Origin: Planctomycetota bacterium
GTDB lineage: Bacteria > Planctomycetota > UBA1135
NCBI GenBank assembly: GCA_024275135.1
Contig: JAJRZS010000018.1
Coordinates: forward strand, 89,826-153,825
Reading direction: 5' to 3'
DNA: 64,000 nucleotides
Shown here: in pieces, positions 27,287 to 37,116 of the stretch
Layout: every line of letters starts with the position of its first letter
How positions within the stretch are numbered: the first letter of the stretch is position 1
The notes under the pieces: model-generated
What the model was told of the DNA's origin: nothing
Seen by the model: the letters and a program-made list of their open reading frames with translations, nothing else
Databases searched by the model: none
Position numbers and translations under genes: made by a program

Positions 27287-27780
27287 TGAGACGAGGTTTG
27301 GAATTTTTGTTGCAAGGATCGATGCACAGCGTTGGGCAAGAATTTCTCTAAAGCACCTCCGGCGGCATAGACTTCTTTAATCAAACGACTCGACAGGTAG
27401 GCATATTGCTCATTCGGCATCACAAACACGGTTTCTATTTCCGCCGCGAGCTGGCGATTGGTCATCGCCATCGGATATTCATATTCGAAATCGGTTACGG
27501 TACGCACACCGCGCAAAAGAATCTGGATGTCATGTTGGCGAGCCACATCCACCACCAATCCCTGCATGGCAATAACCTCAACAGGCAAAGCCTGCACTTC
27601 TTGTTGCAACAAAGCCAAGCGCTCGGCTGTGGAGAACAGGGGGGATTTGGCATCGTTATTGGCCACCGCAACCAACAAACTGCCGAACAAGGACACCCCG
27701 CGATGGATTAAATCCATATGTCCCAGAGTGACCGGATCGAAGGTCCCGGCATACAAGGCGCGCGGCGGAAGCTTTCCCAT
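27283..27780 (-). CDS. coaD: Phosphopantetheine adenylyltransferase
   Basis: LYAGTFDPVTLGHMDLI signature. Start trimmed to ATG 27780. ATGA overlap with ridA. Confidence 0.9.
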   Translation of the reverse strand: MGKLPPRALYAGTFDPVTLGHMDLIHRGVSLFGSLLVAVANNDAKSPLFSTAERLALLQQEVQALPVEVIAMQGLVVDVARQHDIQILLRGVRTVTDFEYEYPMAMTNRQLAAEIETVFVMPNEQYAYLSSRLIKEVYAAGGALEKFLPNAVHRSLQQKFQTSSQ

Positions 27781-27842
27781 GTCTGGATTGTAGAGTGCCG
27801 CTGGGCGGGGCCCAACGTCTACTCGGCGAAGACCTTTTGGCC

Positions 27843-29921
27843 ATGCCTGTGGAATCCCCGCCCCGCCGCCCACTCCAACATCCCTTGTTGCTTTGCGCAT
27901 GCCTCCATCTCCTGGTCTTAGGCAGCCTGCTTCATTACGGCCCCCCAGCTCGCGCCCTCGCTGATTTTGGCACCTACCTCGCCCTGGGTTGCGCCCTCCT
28001 CGCCTTCTTCAGCTGCTACTTCTCCTATCCTGCACTGCCTTTATTGCTCGCAGCGAGCTTTGGCCTGGCTCTACAACGCGCACCCCAGCCTCATACTGCG
28101 GCCCTGGTTGCACCACGCCCGGTTCGCTTGCTCGGCAGGTTGCGCGAATGGCATCCGCAAAACGAGCATAGCTGGGCCCTCTTCGACCAACTTCAAACCA
28201 TCAACGGGAAGCCTTTGGCACCCGGTTCCAGCTCCCTACTGGGGCTGGCTCATGCGTCCACCAGGCCACCCAGTTGCGGGGATTTGCTGGTTCTTGAAGG
28301 CAAGCTACGCCATGATGGCCGTTTTTTTCGCCTTGAAAATTTCCGTTGGCGCTTGCGCGAGCACCGGCGCCCGCCACCACTGCTTGCCTTGCGCAACCAC
28401 CTCCGCCAACGCTTACAACAAAGCCTCAACCCGCAGCAAGCGGGCCTAGCCGCAGCTCTTCTGCTGGGAGAGCGACGAGAGGTGTCGCCATGGCTACAAG
28501 AAACCTATCGACGCTTCGGCCTCGTTCACCTCCTTGCCGTCTCCGGCATGCATTTTTGGCTCTGGGATCAACTCCTCCGTCGTTTGCTACGCGGCCCCAG
28601 CGCCATGCTTCGGCTTCCCATTCTCGCTCTAGCAGCATGTTTGGCCGGGGCTTCCCCGCCAGTCATGCGTGCCTTTTGCGTGGTTTTGTTGCGCGATTTG
28701 GGCGCTTTGCAGGGCCGACGAATTCCTGGGCTTTCCCTGTGGTCCTGTGCCTGGTTAATGGAAGTCAGTTTGCTCCCTCCCACGGCTTTGGGCTTGGGCT
28801 ATGTCCTCTCCTATGCGGCCACTTTTTTTCTCATCGTCGGCGCGGCTCCTGCGCAAGCCTCTAATCTACGAAAAACCCTGCAAGCATCGACGGTGGCCTT
28901 CCTTGGCTCCATGCCTTTTTTGCATATGGTGCAGGGCACGCTCGAGCCCTGGAGTATTCCCCTTAGCCCCATCCTTGGCCTGCTCCTTCCGCTACGCCTC
29001 ACAGCCTCCGCACTCGCTTTGCTCCCCGCACTCGGACCATGGATGAATCCCGTTCTTTCCGCAGCATCTTGGCTGGAAGAGCGTTGTTTTCAAATTTTAG
29101 AGCATGTTCCTTGGAGCCCCTATTCCTGCCCCCAAAATTCCAGCCTATGCTATTTGGCGGCCGCGGTTTTGGCTCTTTGCCTCATTCGCCAATCGTCTTT
29201 GCCGAAAGTCTGGCGCCGAGGCGGATGGGTTGCCTTTGCCATCTTGCTGTGGGCACCCACTCCCTTGCACCCCGGCATCCTGGCTTTGCCGGTCGACCAT
29301 GGCCTCGGTGTTTTGGTGGTGGGCAACACACAAAGCTTGCTCTTTGATTTTGGCAGCAACAGAATTTCGAGCAAGGATTTGGTCGACCAGGTGCTTTATC
29401 CGCAACTCCTGCACCAACATTGGCCCGTTCCTCATTGGGCAATTCAAAGCCATCAAGATCACGACCATGTGCAAGGATTTCCGGCGCTAGAAAAACGAAC
29501 TTCCCTGCAATACCTTCGCACGCCAAGAGGCAGTCGCCAAAGCCTCTCTCTATTGCCGCCCTGGAAACTCGAGCTTTACGGCTGCCAGGGTGCTAAGCAG
29601 GGAGTGTCCAATGATGGTGGGCATGCCTTGGACCTTCGCCTGGGTTCTTTCCGCGCAGTTCTCTTAGGCGACCAGGCTGGCGCTTCCTTAGAAGACCTTG
29701 CGCGACGTCTTCCGCCAGGACCAATCCAAGTGTTATTGCTCCCGCATCATGGTCTAACCACCATCGGGCTCAGCACTTTGCTCCAACATCTCCAACCCAA
29801 ACGCGCCTGGATTAGTTGTGGCCCCGGAGATGTTCCTTTGCCGGCAGTGCCACTACTCGACTACTTCGGCATCCCTTGGCAATCTACCATGGATGGCGCC
29901 TTGCTCTGGCAGCCCAAATAA
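27843..29921 (+). CDS. comEC: DNA internalisation channel ComEC/Rec2 with C-terminal metallo-beta-lactamase domain
   Basis: Polytopic competence domain (FGLVHLLAVSGMHF) and SHQDHDHVQG metal motif. GTG 27795 is an alternative start. Confidence 0.85.
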   Translation: MPVESPPRRPLQHPLLLCACLHLLVLGSLLHYGPPARALADFGTYLALGCALLAFFSCYFSYPALPLLLAASFGLALQRAPQPHTAALVAPRPVRLLGRLREWHPQNEHSWALFDQLQTINGKPLAPGSSSLLGLAHASTRPPSCGDLLVLEGKLRHDGRFFRLENFRWRLREHRRPPPLLALRNHLRQRLQQSLNPQQAGLAAALLLGERREVSPWLQETYRRFGLVHLLAVSGMHFWLWDQLLRRLLRGPSAMLRLPILALAACLAGASPPVMRAFCVVLLRDLGALQGRRIPGLSLWSCAWLMEVSLLPPTALGLGYVLSYAATFFLIVGAAPAQASNLRKTLQASTVAFLGSMPFLHMVQGTLEPWSIPLSPILGLLLPLRLTASALALLPALGPWMNPVLSAASWLEERCFQILEHVPWSPYSCPQNSSLCYLAAAVLALCLIRQSSLPKVWRRGGWVAFAILLWAPTPLHPGILALPVDHGLGVLVVGNTQSLLFDFGSNRISSKDLVDQVLYPQLLHQHWPVPHWAIQSHQDHDHVQGFPALEKRTSLQYLRTPRGSRQSLSLLPPWKLELYGCQGAKQGVSNDGGHALDLRLGSFRAVLLGDQAGASLEDLARRLPPGPIQVLLLPHHGLTTIGLSTLLQHLQPKRAWISCGPGDVPLPAVPLLDYFGIPWQSTMDGALLWQPK

Positions 29922-29955
29922 TCTGTGTGCCCTTAGCCTGAATCCCGTCTACTAG

Positions 29956-31554
29956 GTGATGGAAAAACCCATCCTTGGAGCCACCCTTTTCGGCAGCCAC
30001 GCCCACCTTATCCGTGTGGAAACGCGCACTGGGCGTGGATTATCCCGAGTAATCTTGGTCGGCATGCCGGATGCCGTGGCGCGGGAAGCCCGAGAACGCC
30101 TGCCTTCCGCTTTGCAAAAGCATCAATTCCCGTTTCCCAAAGGCAAGGTTTTGTTCAACTTAGTTCCCGCCCAGTTGCCAAAATGCGGGCTGCCCTTTGA
30201 TTTGGCTCTGGCTATTTCCCTACTGGTCGAAGAGAAGCTCTGTCCGCCACCTCCCTCCCTCACCTTGTTCCTTGCTGAATTGGATTTACAAGGGCGCTTG
30301 GGCCCGCCGGCCAGAGGCACCTTGCTCGCTGCCTTGGCTGCGGTGCAAGGGTCCTGTACCCAACTCATCACCGCCCCAGCGGCGGCGCAAGAAGCCAGCC
30401 TCGCACCGGGAATCCAAGCCTATGGATTGGTGGATTTGGGCGAAGTCGTCCAGTTCTTGCGCAAGCCACAAAACTATGCCCCACAAACTCCGTTATCCCC
30501 AAGCCACCTGCAAAGCTCCGCCCTGCGTCTCGATGATCTACGTGGCCAAAAACATGCACGCAAAGCCGCCATCCTCGCCATCGCCGGTCGCCACTCGCTG
30601 TGGATGCAAGGCCCTCCAGGCACAGGCAAAAGCATGCTGGCGCGCCGGTTAAGCCATTTGCTTCCAGATTTAAGTGCGCAACAGGCCCTGGAAGTGGCCC
30701 AAATCGAAGCACTCCTCGGCCCTCTATCCGCCCTTAGTTTGCGCCCGCCTTTCCGCGCCCCCCATACCAGCGCCTCGGCCCAAGCCCTCCTTGGCGGTGG
30801 CAACCCCTTGCGCCCTGGAGAAATCGCCAGAGCGCATGCCGGAATTTTATTTTTGGATGAAATGCCGGAATTCACTCGCCCTGTCCTGGAAGGATTACGC
30901 CAGCCACTGGAAGAAAAGGAGGTGCGGCTGCAGAGGGCCCGAGCTTGGGCCACTTATCCAGCGGATGTGCAACTCATTGCCACCAGCAATCCCTGTCCTT
31001 GCGGTTTCGCCACCCACCCCAAAATCCCTTGCACCTGCACCCCAGCCAAACTGCAAACTTACTACCAACGCATCAGCGGACCATTGCGCGATCGTTTTGA
31101 TCTTTTTGTCGAAATGAGTCCAAGCACTGCAGAAGAATTGGAAGGGCCACCATCGCCTCCCCACGACGAAGAAGTGGTGCAAAGATTGCAAAAAACCCGC
31201 CAATTTCAAAATCAACAAAAGCTGCAGAGAGGATTTGGGCAAAGTACGAGTGCAAGTTTGGAGCAAATCCAACATTGCGGTTTGGAGAGCCAAGCCGCAG
31301 GTGTTTTGCGTCAAGCCGTAGCTAAGCTCCCCCTCAGCGGGCGAGGAGTTTTGCGATGTTTACGCGTTGCCCGCACCGCTGCAGACTACGATTTGAGTGT
31401 ACAAATCCGCGCCCAAGATATGCATCTCGCGCTTAGTTTTCGCCCGCTTCCGGTTGCGAAATCCACCACAGCGCCATCCCATTTTCCTCTGCGCGTTTTT
31501 CCCCGCCGAACTGAACAAAAAGCTGCGCACTCGCCTGGTGGCTCACCAAACTAA
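29956..31554 (+). CDS. comM: Mg-chelatase-like AAA+ protein ComM/YifB
   Basis: GPPGTGKSMLARRL Walker A, ILFLDEMPEF Walker B, Cys cluster NPCPCGF. Unusually long tail after ALSFR. Confidence 0.9.
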   Translation: MMEKPILGATLFGSHAHLIRVETRTGRGLSRVILVGMPDAVAREARERLPSALQKHQFPFPKGKVLFNLVPAQLPKCGLPFDLALAISLLVEEKLCPPPPSLTLFLAELDLQGRLGPPARGTLLAALAAVQGSCTQLITAPAAAQEASLAPGIQAYGLVDLGEVVQFLRKPQNYAPQTPLSPSHLQSSALRLDDLRGQKHARKAAILAIAGRHSLWMQGPPGTGKSMLARRLSHLLPDLSAQQALEVAQIEALLGPLSALSLRPPFRAPHTSASAQALLGGGNPLRPGEIARAHAGILFLDEMPEFTRPVLEGLRQPLEEKEVRLQRARAWATYPADVQLIATSNPCPCGFATHPKIPCTCTPAKLQTYYQRISGPLRDRFDLFVEMSPSTAEELEGPPSPPHDEEVVQRLQKTRQFQNQQKLQRGFGQSTSASLEQIQHCGLESQAAGVLRQAVAKLPLSGRGVLRCLRVARTAADYDLSVQIRAQDMHLALSFRPLPVAKSTTAPSHFPLRVFPRRTEQKAAHSPGGSPN

Positions 31555-33148
31555 CCACCGCCAGAGGCCGAGGAGCAATCGTCGCCAAGATAAAGCGCAA
31601 AGCCTGAGCGGGATCATAAGGCTCGGTTTTTTGCTGCGCCTTCTGCGGCCAGCGTCGTTCTTCCCAAACGGCAAAGCTGGCATCCAATCGTGGCCGTAAA
31701 TCCGCCAGGGCACTGTTGTGGATTTGGGGATTGTCCACAAACAAGGCGTGATGCAAAGCCGGAGCCAATTGATGCCCTTGAGCTCCCAATCCACCACCAC
31801 GGGCTCCAGGATGCCAGGGGTGAAACAGCAAAACGGCCTCCTCGGGCAAATCATTTTCCACAGTCGCCAGCTGAAGCGGCCAACTCTGCTGCTGGGCTTC
31901 TGTACTGGTAGCCAAGCGCCCATCCGCGACATGATCCAACACCCGATGCTCTCCCCCATCCCAATGCGCATAGGCTTGCAAACTGTAGAAAAAACTTGGA
32001 ATGCAAAGAGCCGCCAAAACCACTAGCAGTAATTTGCCCCAAAGGTTTTTCCAACAACTGGCCAAAACCACGCCACAGGGCAGAGACAAAAAGATGCCCG
32101 CCATGCGCGGAAATTTATATTCGTTGTTCCAGGGCAGAGAAAGAAAAGAAAACAGTGCGGCCAAACCAACAGCGAAGGCCAGTGGGCGGCGTGCAGCAGG
32201 GGCAAGTTTGGGCCAGGCAAGAAGACCACCCAACCACAAAAGCAGCAATGGGCCGAGGAGATTTGCCCAAGCACCATCTCCTGCGTAAGGGAAATGTCCA
32301 ACCAGGTCGCCACCGCTTTCGGCCGTTGGACGCAACAAGGGCAACAAGAATGGCACACTCAAGGCCAAGGCCAGGAAGGCCGCCAGCAACAAGGACCCAA
32401 GATTCTCCAGGCTCTGCCGCCAGTGGCCTAATTTTTGTGCGGCAACCAAGAGAGCAACCCAAGCACCGACTAGAGGATTGATGGCAAGGGTTGCGCCAGC
32501 CAAAATCCCACATCGCAAAATTTCTTTTCGGCGAGAACCGAGATTGTCGGCAAGAGCAAAAAGAGCAAAGGGCAAAGACAGAGCAAACGAGGAAACGTTA
32601 AAAAATTTTGGCAAGAAGGCTTGCAGCCGCGCATCCCACTGGAAGGAAGAAAATGGATGTGTCCAGTCCAACAACACAAGCAGTGGCATCGCACCGTCGG
32701 CAAGGGGAGGTCCAGAATGGCCCCACCACCAGCCCATGGCGTTGAAGCCAAAAACCATGGCGACAAAAGCGGCGCGACGAGCAGCAAAGCCAAGGTGAAG
32801 GCGGCGGCCCAAGGCATCTAACGCCGGCCCCATCAACAAAGCGGCAAACATATTGAGCACGGCAAAGCCCCAAAGCGGCCCCATGCCCAAGCGGCCCAGC
32901 AGAACCCCCAAGGTGGGATAAAGCGTGTAATAGTGCAATGGAACATTAGCGTGGTACGGGTTTTCTGGCAGCAACCCGTCGCGCAAAACGGCCTCACCCA
33001 AGGTGGTATGCAAATACCCGTGATAAGAAGTGCGGACGGCATCGCCACCCATGGTGACCACCACCATCACCACCAAGGCCAAGCAGGCACCCTCCAACCA
33101 GGGTGCCACCCGCACCGAAAAAGACGATGTGGAACTTAAGGCTTCCAT
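31433..33148 (-). CDS. Polytopic membrane protein (possibly GT-C-like transferase; speculative)
   Basis: More than 10 predicted TM segments plus a soluble C-terminus. Start trimmed to ATG 33148, 9 nt after the sulfatase-like stop. No diagnostic motif recognised. Confidence 0.55.
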   Translation of the reverse strand: MEALSSTSSFSVRVAPWLEGACLALVVMVVVTMGGDAVRTSYHGYLHTTLGEAVLRDGLLPENPYHANVPLHYYTLYPTLGVLLGRLGMGPLWGFAVLNMFAALLMGPALDALGRRLHLGFAARRAAFVAMVFGFNAMGWWWGHSGPPLADGAMPLLVLLDWTHPFSSFQWDARLQAFLPKFFNVSSFALSLPFALFALADNLGSRRKEILRCGILAGATLAINPLVGAWVALLVAAQKLGHWRQSLENLGSLLLAAFLALALSVPFLLPLLRPTAESGGDLVGHFPYAGDGAWANLLGPLLLLWLGGLLAWPKLAPAARRPLAFAVGLAALFSFLSLPWNNEYKFPRMAGIFLSLPCGVVLASCWKNLWGKLLLVVLAALCIPSFFYSLQAYAHWDGGEHRVLDHVADGRLATSTEAQQQSWPLQLATVENDLPEEAVLLFHPWHPGARGGGLGAQGHQLAPALHHALFVDNPQIHNSALADLRPRLDASFAVWEERRWPQKAQQKTEPYDPAQALRFILATIAPRPLAVVSLVSHQASAQLFVQFGGEKRAEENGMALWWISQPEAGEN

Positions 33149-34584
33149 TGACTTCCCCGCCAAGGCGCCCAAGGGTTTTCTTCGGTAACATCCGTGGCAT
33201 AACCAATCGCACCGATAGTTTCCAACTCTTGCGAGCTCATTGGGTTTTTCTCCGTGCCGAAGGGTGGCTTTAGATTCTGGTACCACTGATGAAGGGCATC
33301 CAGCATGCGTTTGGTTTCCTCCGGGTACTGCTTCGACACATCATGCAGTTCCAAAGGATCTTGTTGACGGTCAAACAAAGCAACCACTGGATAAGAATAG
33401 ACAGCATCTTTGGGTGGTTCCAACGGGCCACGAGCATTGTCTGCCGGATTATGGACCAGGGTCCAACGCGCATCACGAATACTGTAATACTGCAGGTTGT
33501 AGGCAGAAACAAAGTATTTGCGCTGGGGAAGTTTGCCAAACAAGACCATGGGCAAAACATCTTGTAAAGCGATATCCGCGGACTCTCGACGTCCAGGCTG
33601 CCAACCGGCGCCCAATAAAATTAACGGCGGATGCGTGACGCCCGAATACAAGCTTTTTGCATGCATGAAGTAACCATTCCGATCCCCAAGTTCCTCACCG
33701 TGGTCCGAGAGAAAAACCACCACGGCGTTATCCAACAAAGCACCGCGCCCCGCTTGCCGGTAAGCAGCATCTAAACCCGACAACAATTCCATGACGTAAT
33801 CGTTGGCAGTGAGGATTTCTTCGTCATACAAAGCTTTGAGTTGTTCGTGGGTAGCCGCATCCAGCGAGGAAGGGTTGCGATGGATGGCAAAAAGGATTTC
33901 TTTGGAAGCATCCACCCCGGCTGGCGAAGAAAAGCGGCCGCGGTGCTGGGGTGCCGGAGCATAGGGCTGATGCGGCGCCATGAAATGTCCCCATAAAAAC
34001 AAACGTTGCCCTTTTGCAATATCCTCGGCAGCACGCTGCACCAAATCCGCAGGGCCAGCGGCTTCTTCGGCTTTGCGATGCACTGCCGTGGTGGCGAAGC
34101 CGCGCTGCAAGCCACTGCCCTTGCGCAGGATAAAATTGGACACCGAGGAATGGCCGCGCCAACCGCGCCGCGCCAATTCCATGGCGAAGGTTGGGGCTGC
34201 AAGGCGGGTGAGGTTGTTCATCGCACCATGTTCTGCCGGCACCATACCGGTCCACAGACTGCTGAACGAAGGCATCGTCATGCCAGCAGGCGCCCACATA
34301 TGCTCAAACAAAGTGCCATGCCGTGCCAGCCAGGATAGCGACCAAGTTTGCTCTGGATTCCCGCCTGTGGCCCGGAAGCTACCATAAAAAGGTAAGCGGT
34401 CGGCGCGCAAAGTATCAATCGCCACCACAATGAGATCGCGATGGTTTCCGTCCTGCAATAGACCAGGAGGTACTTCGAAGCGAATGGTCTCGTTGGAGGT
34501 GTTGGTTGGGGGGGCGGTGGAACCACCACAGGACTGCAAAGCAATCAGACCCACCCAACCCAGAAGTAGCCGCGGCCGCATCAT
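33136..34584 (-). CDS. Sulfatase-like hydrolase/transferase (alkaline-phosphatase superfamily)
   Basis: VVAIDTLRADRL, nucleophile segment MTMPSFSSLWTG (Thr, not Cys/Ser-x-P-x-R), FLSDHGEELGD. Signal peptide ending in Cys. Confidence 0.8.
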   Translation of the reverse strand: MMRPRLLLGWVGLIALQSCGGSTAPPTNTSNETIRFEVPPGLLQDGNHRDLIVVAIDTLRADRLPFYGSFRATGGNPEQTWSLSWLARHGTLFEHMWAPAGMTMPSFSSLWTGMVPAEHGAMNNLTRLAAPTFAMELARRGWRGHSSVSNFILRKGSGLQRGFATTAVHRKAEEAAGPADLVQRAAEDIAKGQRLFLWGHFMAPHQPYAPAPQHRGRFSSPAGVDASKEILFAIHRNPSSLDAATHEQLKALYDEEILTANDYVMELLSGLDAAYRQAGRGALLDNAVVVFLSDHGEELGDRNGYFMHAKSLYSGVTHPPLILLGAGWQPGRRESADIALQDVLPMVLFGKLPQRKYFVSAYNLQYYSIRDARWTLVHNPADNARGPLEPPKDAVYSYPVVALFDRQQDPLELHDVSKQYPEETKRMLDALHQWYQNLKPPFGTEKNPMSSQELETIGAIGYATDVTEENPWAPWRGSQWKP

Positions 34585-34609
34585 GCCAGCAGTATACGCG
34601 GAGCAGGAG

Positions 34610-36133
34610 TTAGGGCTCTACCCAGCTGGGCAATTGGCCGAGATCGAACCCCCAACGCGGGGCCACCCAATACAAACTGAATAAGGTCACCAATACCGTC
34701 GTGAGCAAATTCAGCACCAAGCCAGAACGCGCCATATCGATCATGCGCAAGCGCCCGCTGGAAAAAAGAATGGCATTGGGAGGTGTGGCTACCGGCAACA
34801 TGAAAGCACAAGAAACGGCAAAGCAAAGCGGAATCGCCAAGGCCATCGGATGCAGGCCAGCCGCCACGCTAGCACTCAACAAAATCGGCAACAAAATATT
34901 AATGGTGGCCGTGTTCGAGGTGATTTCCGTCAGGAAAGTTACCGCAAAGACCACGCAAAAAACCGTTGCCCACAGCGGAAGCATGGTGAGCTTCTGCCCC
35001 ATGGCTGCTCCTACCGCAGCGCTGAGACCACTGGCTTCAAAACCACTGGCCAAAGCAAAACCACCACCCAACAACAACAAAACACCCCAAGGAATGGCCG
35101 TGCAATCTTCCCAATCAAGCAAAGCCCCACTGCGCTTGGCATGTCCCGGAACGGAAAAAAGCAAAACCACTCCAAACAAAGCCACGGTGGAATCTTTCAA
35201 GGTTGCGGCAACTGCAGGAGGCAGCAAACTCGACCACCCTGGAATCGCCCAATTGCCAAAATCCACGCCCTGCCTGGTCATCCACAAGAGTGCCACCAAG
35301 GAGAAAATGGCCAAGACGCGACTTTGTTCGGGGCTGCGTGGGGCTTGCCCCGCACGTTGGCGCAAAAACCGATCCAAACCATCCATCTTCAACCTATCAA
35401 GGCGTCCTGTAATTCGACACAAACACAACCAGGCCAGAAGCAAAAATACGAGCACAAAGGGCAAGGCTCCAAAAAACCAACGACCAAAGGAAATTTCCGG
35501 AGCAGCAGGAAAACGCTCGGCCACCATTCCCAACAGCACACTGTTCGGGGCGGTGCCGATTGGGGTGGCAACACCACCTATGGAGCAAGCATATGCCACG
35601 CCGAGAAGCAAAGGAGCGTTCAGTCTTTTTTGCTCCTCGGCTGAGCATTGCTGCAGCAAGGAAACTGCCACGGGCATCATCAGCAAAGCGGTAGAGGTAT
35701 TGCTGATAAACATACTTAGGCCTGCAGCCACGGCCATAAAGCCCAGCACGACCCGTCGGGGGCGGGTGCCAAAAAGTCGCAAGGCCCGCACGGCAAAACG
35801 GTGATGAAGTTCATAACGCTCCAAGGCTAAGGCCAAAATAAATCCACCCAAAAAGAGCAGCAAGATATCTTTGAAATACCAAGGTGCGACCACCCGGGCA
35901 TCAACCACACCTAGAACTGGAAACAGAAAGGCCGGCATTAAGGAAGCAATGGGCAGGGGCAAAGCCTCAAAAAGCCAGCAATAAGCGGTAAAGACCGCTA
36001 TAGCCGCCGTGGCGCGGGCCTCGTATTCCAAACCGTTCACCCAAGGTAGAAAGGGTACCACCAGCGCCATCGTCAACCCGGGGAGGAGACGCTGGAGGGG
36101 ACGACGGGAGGGCGGGGAGTGGGTTTCCGGCAT
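34610..36133 (-). CDS. DASS/SLC13-family anion:Na+ symporter
   Basis: Two hairpin SNT motifs (FISNTSTALLMMP and EITSNTATINILLP); ~500 aa; polytopic. Confidence 0.85.
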   Translation of the reverse strand: MPETHSPPSRRPLQRLLPGLTMALVVPFLPWVNGLEYEARATAAIAVFTAYCWLFEALPLPIASLMPAFLFPVLGVVDARVVAPWYFKDILLLFLGGFILALALERYELHHRFAVRALRLFGTRPRRVVLGFMAVAAGLSMFISNTSTALLMMPVAVSLLQQCSAEEQKRLNAPLLLGVAYACSIGGVATPIGTAPNSVLLGMVAERFPAAPEISFGRWFFGALPFVLVFLLLAWLCLCRITGRLDRLKMDGLDRFLRQRAGQAPRSPEQSRVLAIFSLVALLWMTRQGVDFGNWAIPGWSSLLPPAVAATLKDSTVALFGVVLLFSVPGHAKRSGALLDWEDCTAIPWGVLLLLGGGFALASGFEASGLSAAVGAAMGQKLTMLPLWATVFCVVFAVTFLTEITSNTATINILLPILLSASVAAGLHPMALAIPLCFAVSCAFMLPVATPPNAILFSSGRLRMIDMARSGLVLNLLTTVLVTLFSLYWVAPRWGFDLGQLPSWVEP

Positions 36134-36159
36134 AGGGACTCTGGCACAATGGACGCAGG

Positions 36160-36189
36160 GACGCCATCCTATGCTGTCCCACTGGCGTC
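36160..36189. promoter_or_regulatory. Inverted repeat in divergent promoter region
   Basis: GACGCCA (36160-36166) and TGGCGTC (36183-36189), ending 10 nt upstream of ATG 36199. Confidence 0.2.
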
Positions 36190-36198
36190 TGCAGCCCC

Positions 36199-37116
36199 AT
36201 GTCCTGGTTCGATTCCCTTACCGCCGCTTGCATCCCCCTCGTCCCCAAAGCCGTGATGCGCCGCTTCAGCGGCCGTTATATCGCTGGCGAAGAACGTGAG
36301 GATGCCCTTCGTCGTGGCCGCGAGCTGGCCTCGGCGGGCTATCGAATTACTTACGACCAACTCGGTGAAGCGGTGCAAACCCCCCAAGAAGTGGATGCGG
36401 CAGTGGCCGAAGATTTGCAGCTTCTTGCCGACCTGGTCCAACAAAACCTGGAACGCAATATCTCGGTCAAACCCACGCAAATGGGGTTGAACCTGGGTGA
36501 AGATCTTTGTGTTCAGGCGATGACCTCGATTTTGAAAGAGGCCAAACAACAAAAGGCCTTTGTCCGTTTCGAAATGGAAGAATCGGAAACGGTCGACGCC
36601 AGCCTGCGCGTATTCTCGCAACTGCGGGCAAAATATGGAGACACGGTTGGCATGGTGTTACAAGCCATGTTGCGCCGCTCGGGAGACGACGTCGAGCAAT
36701 TACTCGCCGAAAACACCCCTCTCAACGTGCGCCTGGTCAAAGGCATTTATGTAGAGCCAGCCGCCATTGCTTATCAAGACGCGCAAGAAATCCGACAATC
36801 CTATCTACGCATCATGCAGCGATTGCTCGCAGGAGGTGCTTTTGTTGCTGTTGCTAGCCACGACGAAATTCTCATCGACGCTCTTCAAAAACTTATTCAA
36901 GACAATCCCACTTACGCTTCCCAGTGCGAAGTCCAAATGCTTTTGGGTGTTCGCGAAGAACTTCGACAAAAAGTCAAAGCCAGTGGCATGCCGGTACGGG
37001 TCTATGTCCCCTACGGCCCGGCTTGGCATAAATACGTGGTGCGCCGCTTGAAGAAAAATCCCAAACTTGCACGCTATGCCTTATTGGGCATGTTCGGCAA
37101 ACAGGAGAAATTCTAG
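36199..37116 (+). CDS. Proline dehydrogenase-family flavoenzyme
   Basis: VRLVKGIYVEP and QMLLGVREEL patterns typical of monofunctional ProDH; 305 aa. Confidence 0.75.
   Translation: MSWFDSLTAACIPLVPKAVMRRFSGRYIAGEEREDALRRGRELASAGYRITYDQLGEAVQTPQEVDAAVAEDLQLLADLVQQNLERNISVKPTQMGLNLGEDLCVQAMTSILKEAKQQKAFVRFEMEESETVDASLRVFSQLRAKYGDTVGMVLQAMLRRSGDDVEQLLAENTPLNVRLVKGIYVEPAAIAYQDAQEIRQSYLRIMQRLLAGGAFVAVASHDEILIDALQKLIQDNPTYASQCEVQMLLGVREELRQKVKASGMPVRVYVPYGPAWHKYVVRRLKKNPKLARYALLGMFGKQEKF

Noticed and set aside
31433-31554. 122-bp convergent overlap of comM and the polytopic membrane gene as a regulatory antisense arrangement
   Set aside because: It is most simply explained by an unusually long, probably non-conserved ComM tail after the family end (…ALSFR). 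No structure or motif supports a dedicated element.
34701-35804. Long antisense ORFs: 34701-35804, 34850-35644, 13969-14802, 9126-9839, 9349-9936, 16352-17101, 7501-8052, 50566-51429, 51886-52617, 57905-58624, 59858-60553, 59871-60602
   Set aside because: Each lies opposite a gene with clear family motifs. Their compositions (Arg/Gly/Pro/Ser-rich, no motifs) are typical of shadow ORFs in ~58% GC DNA.
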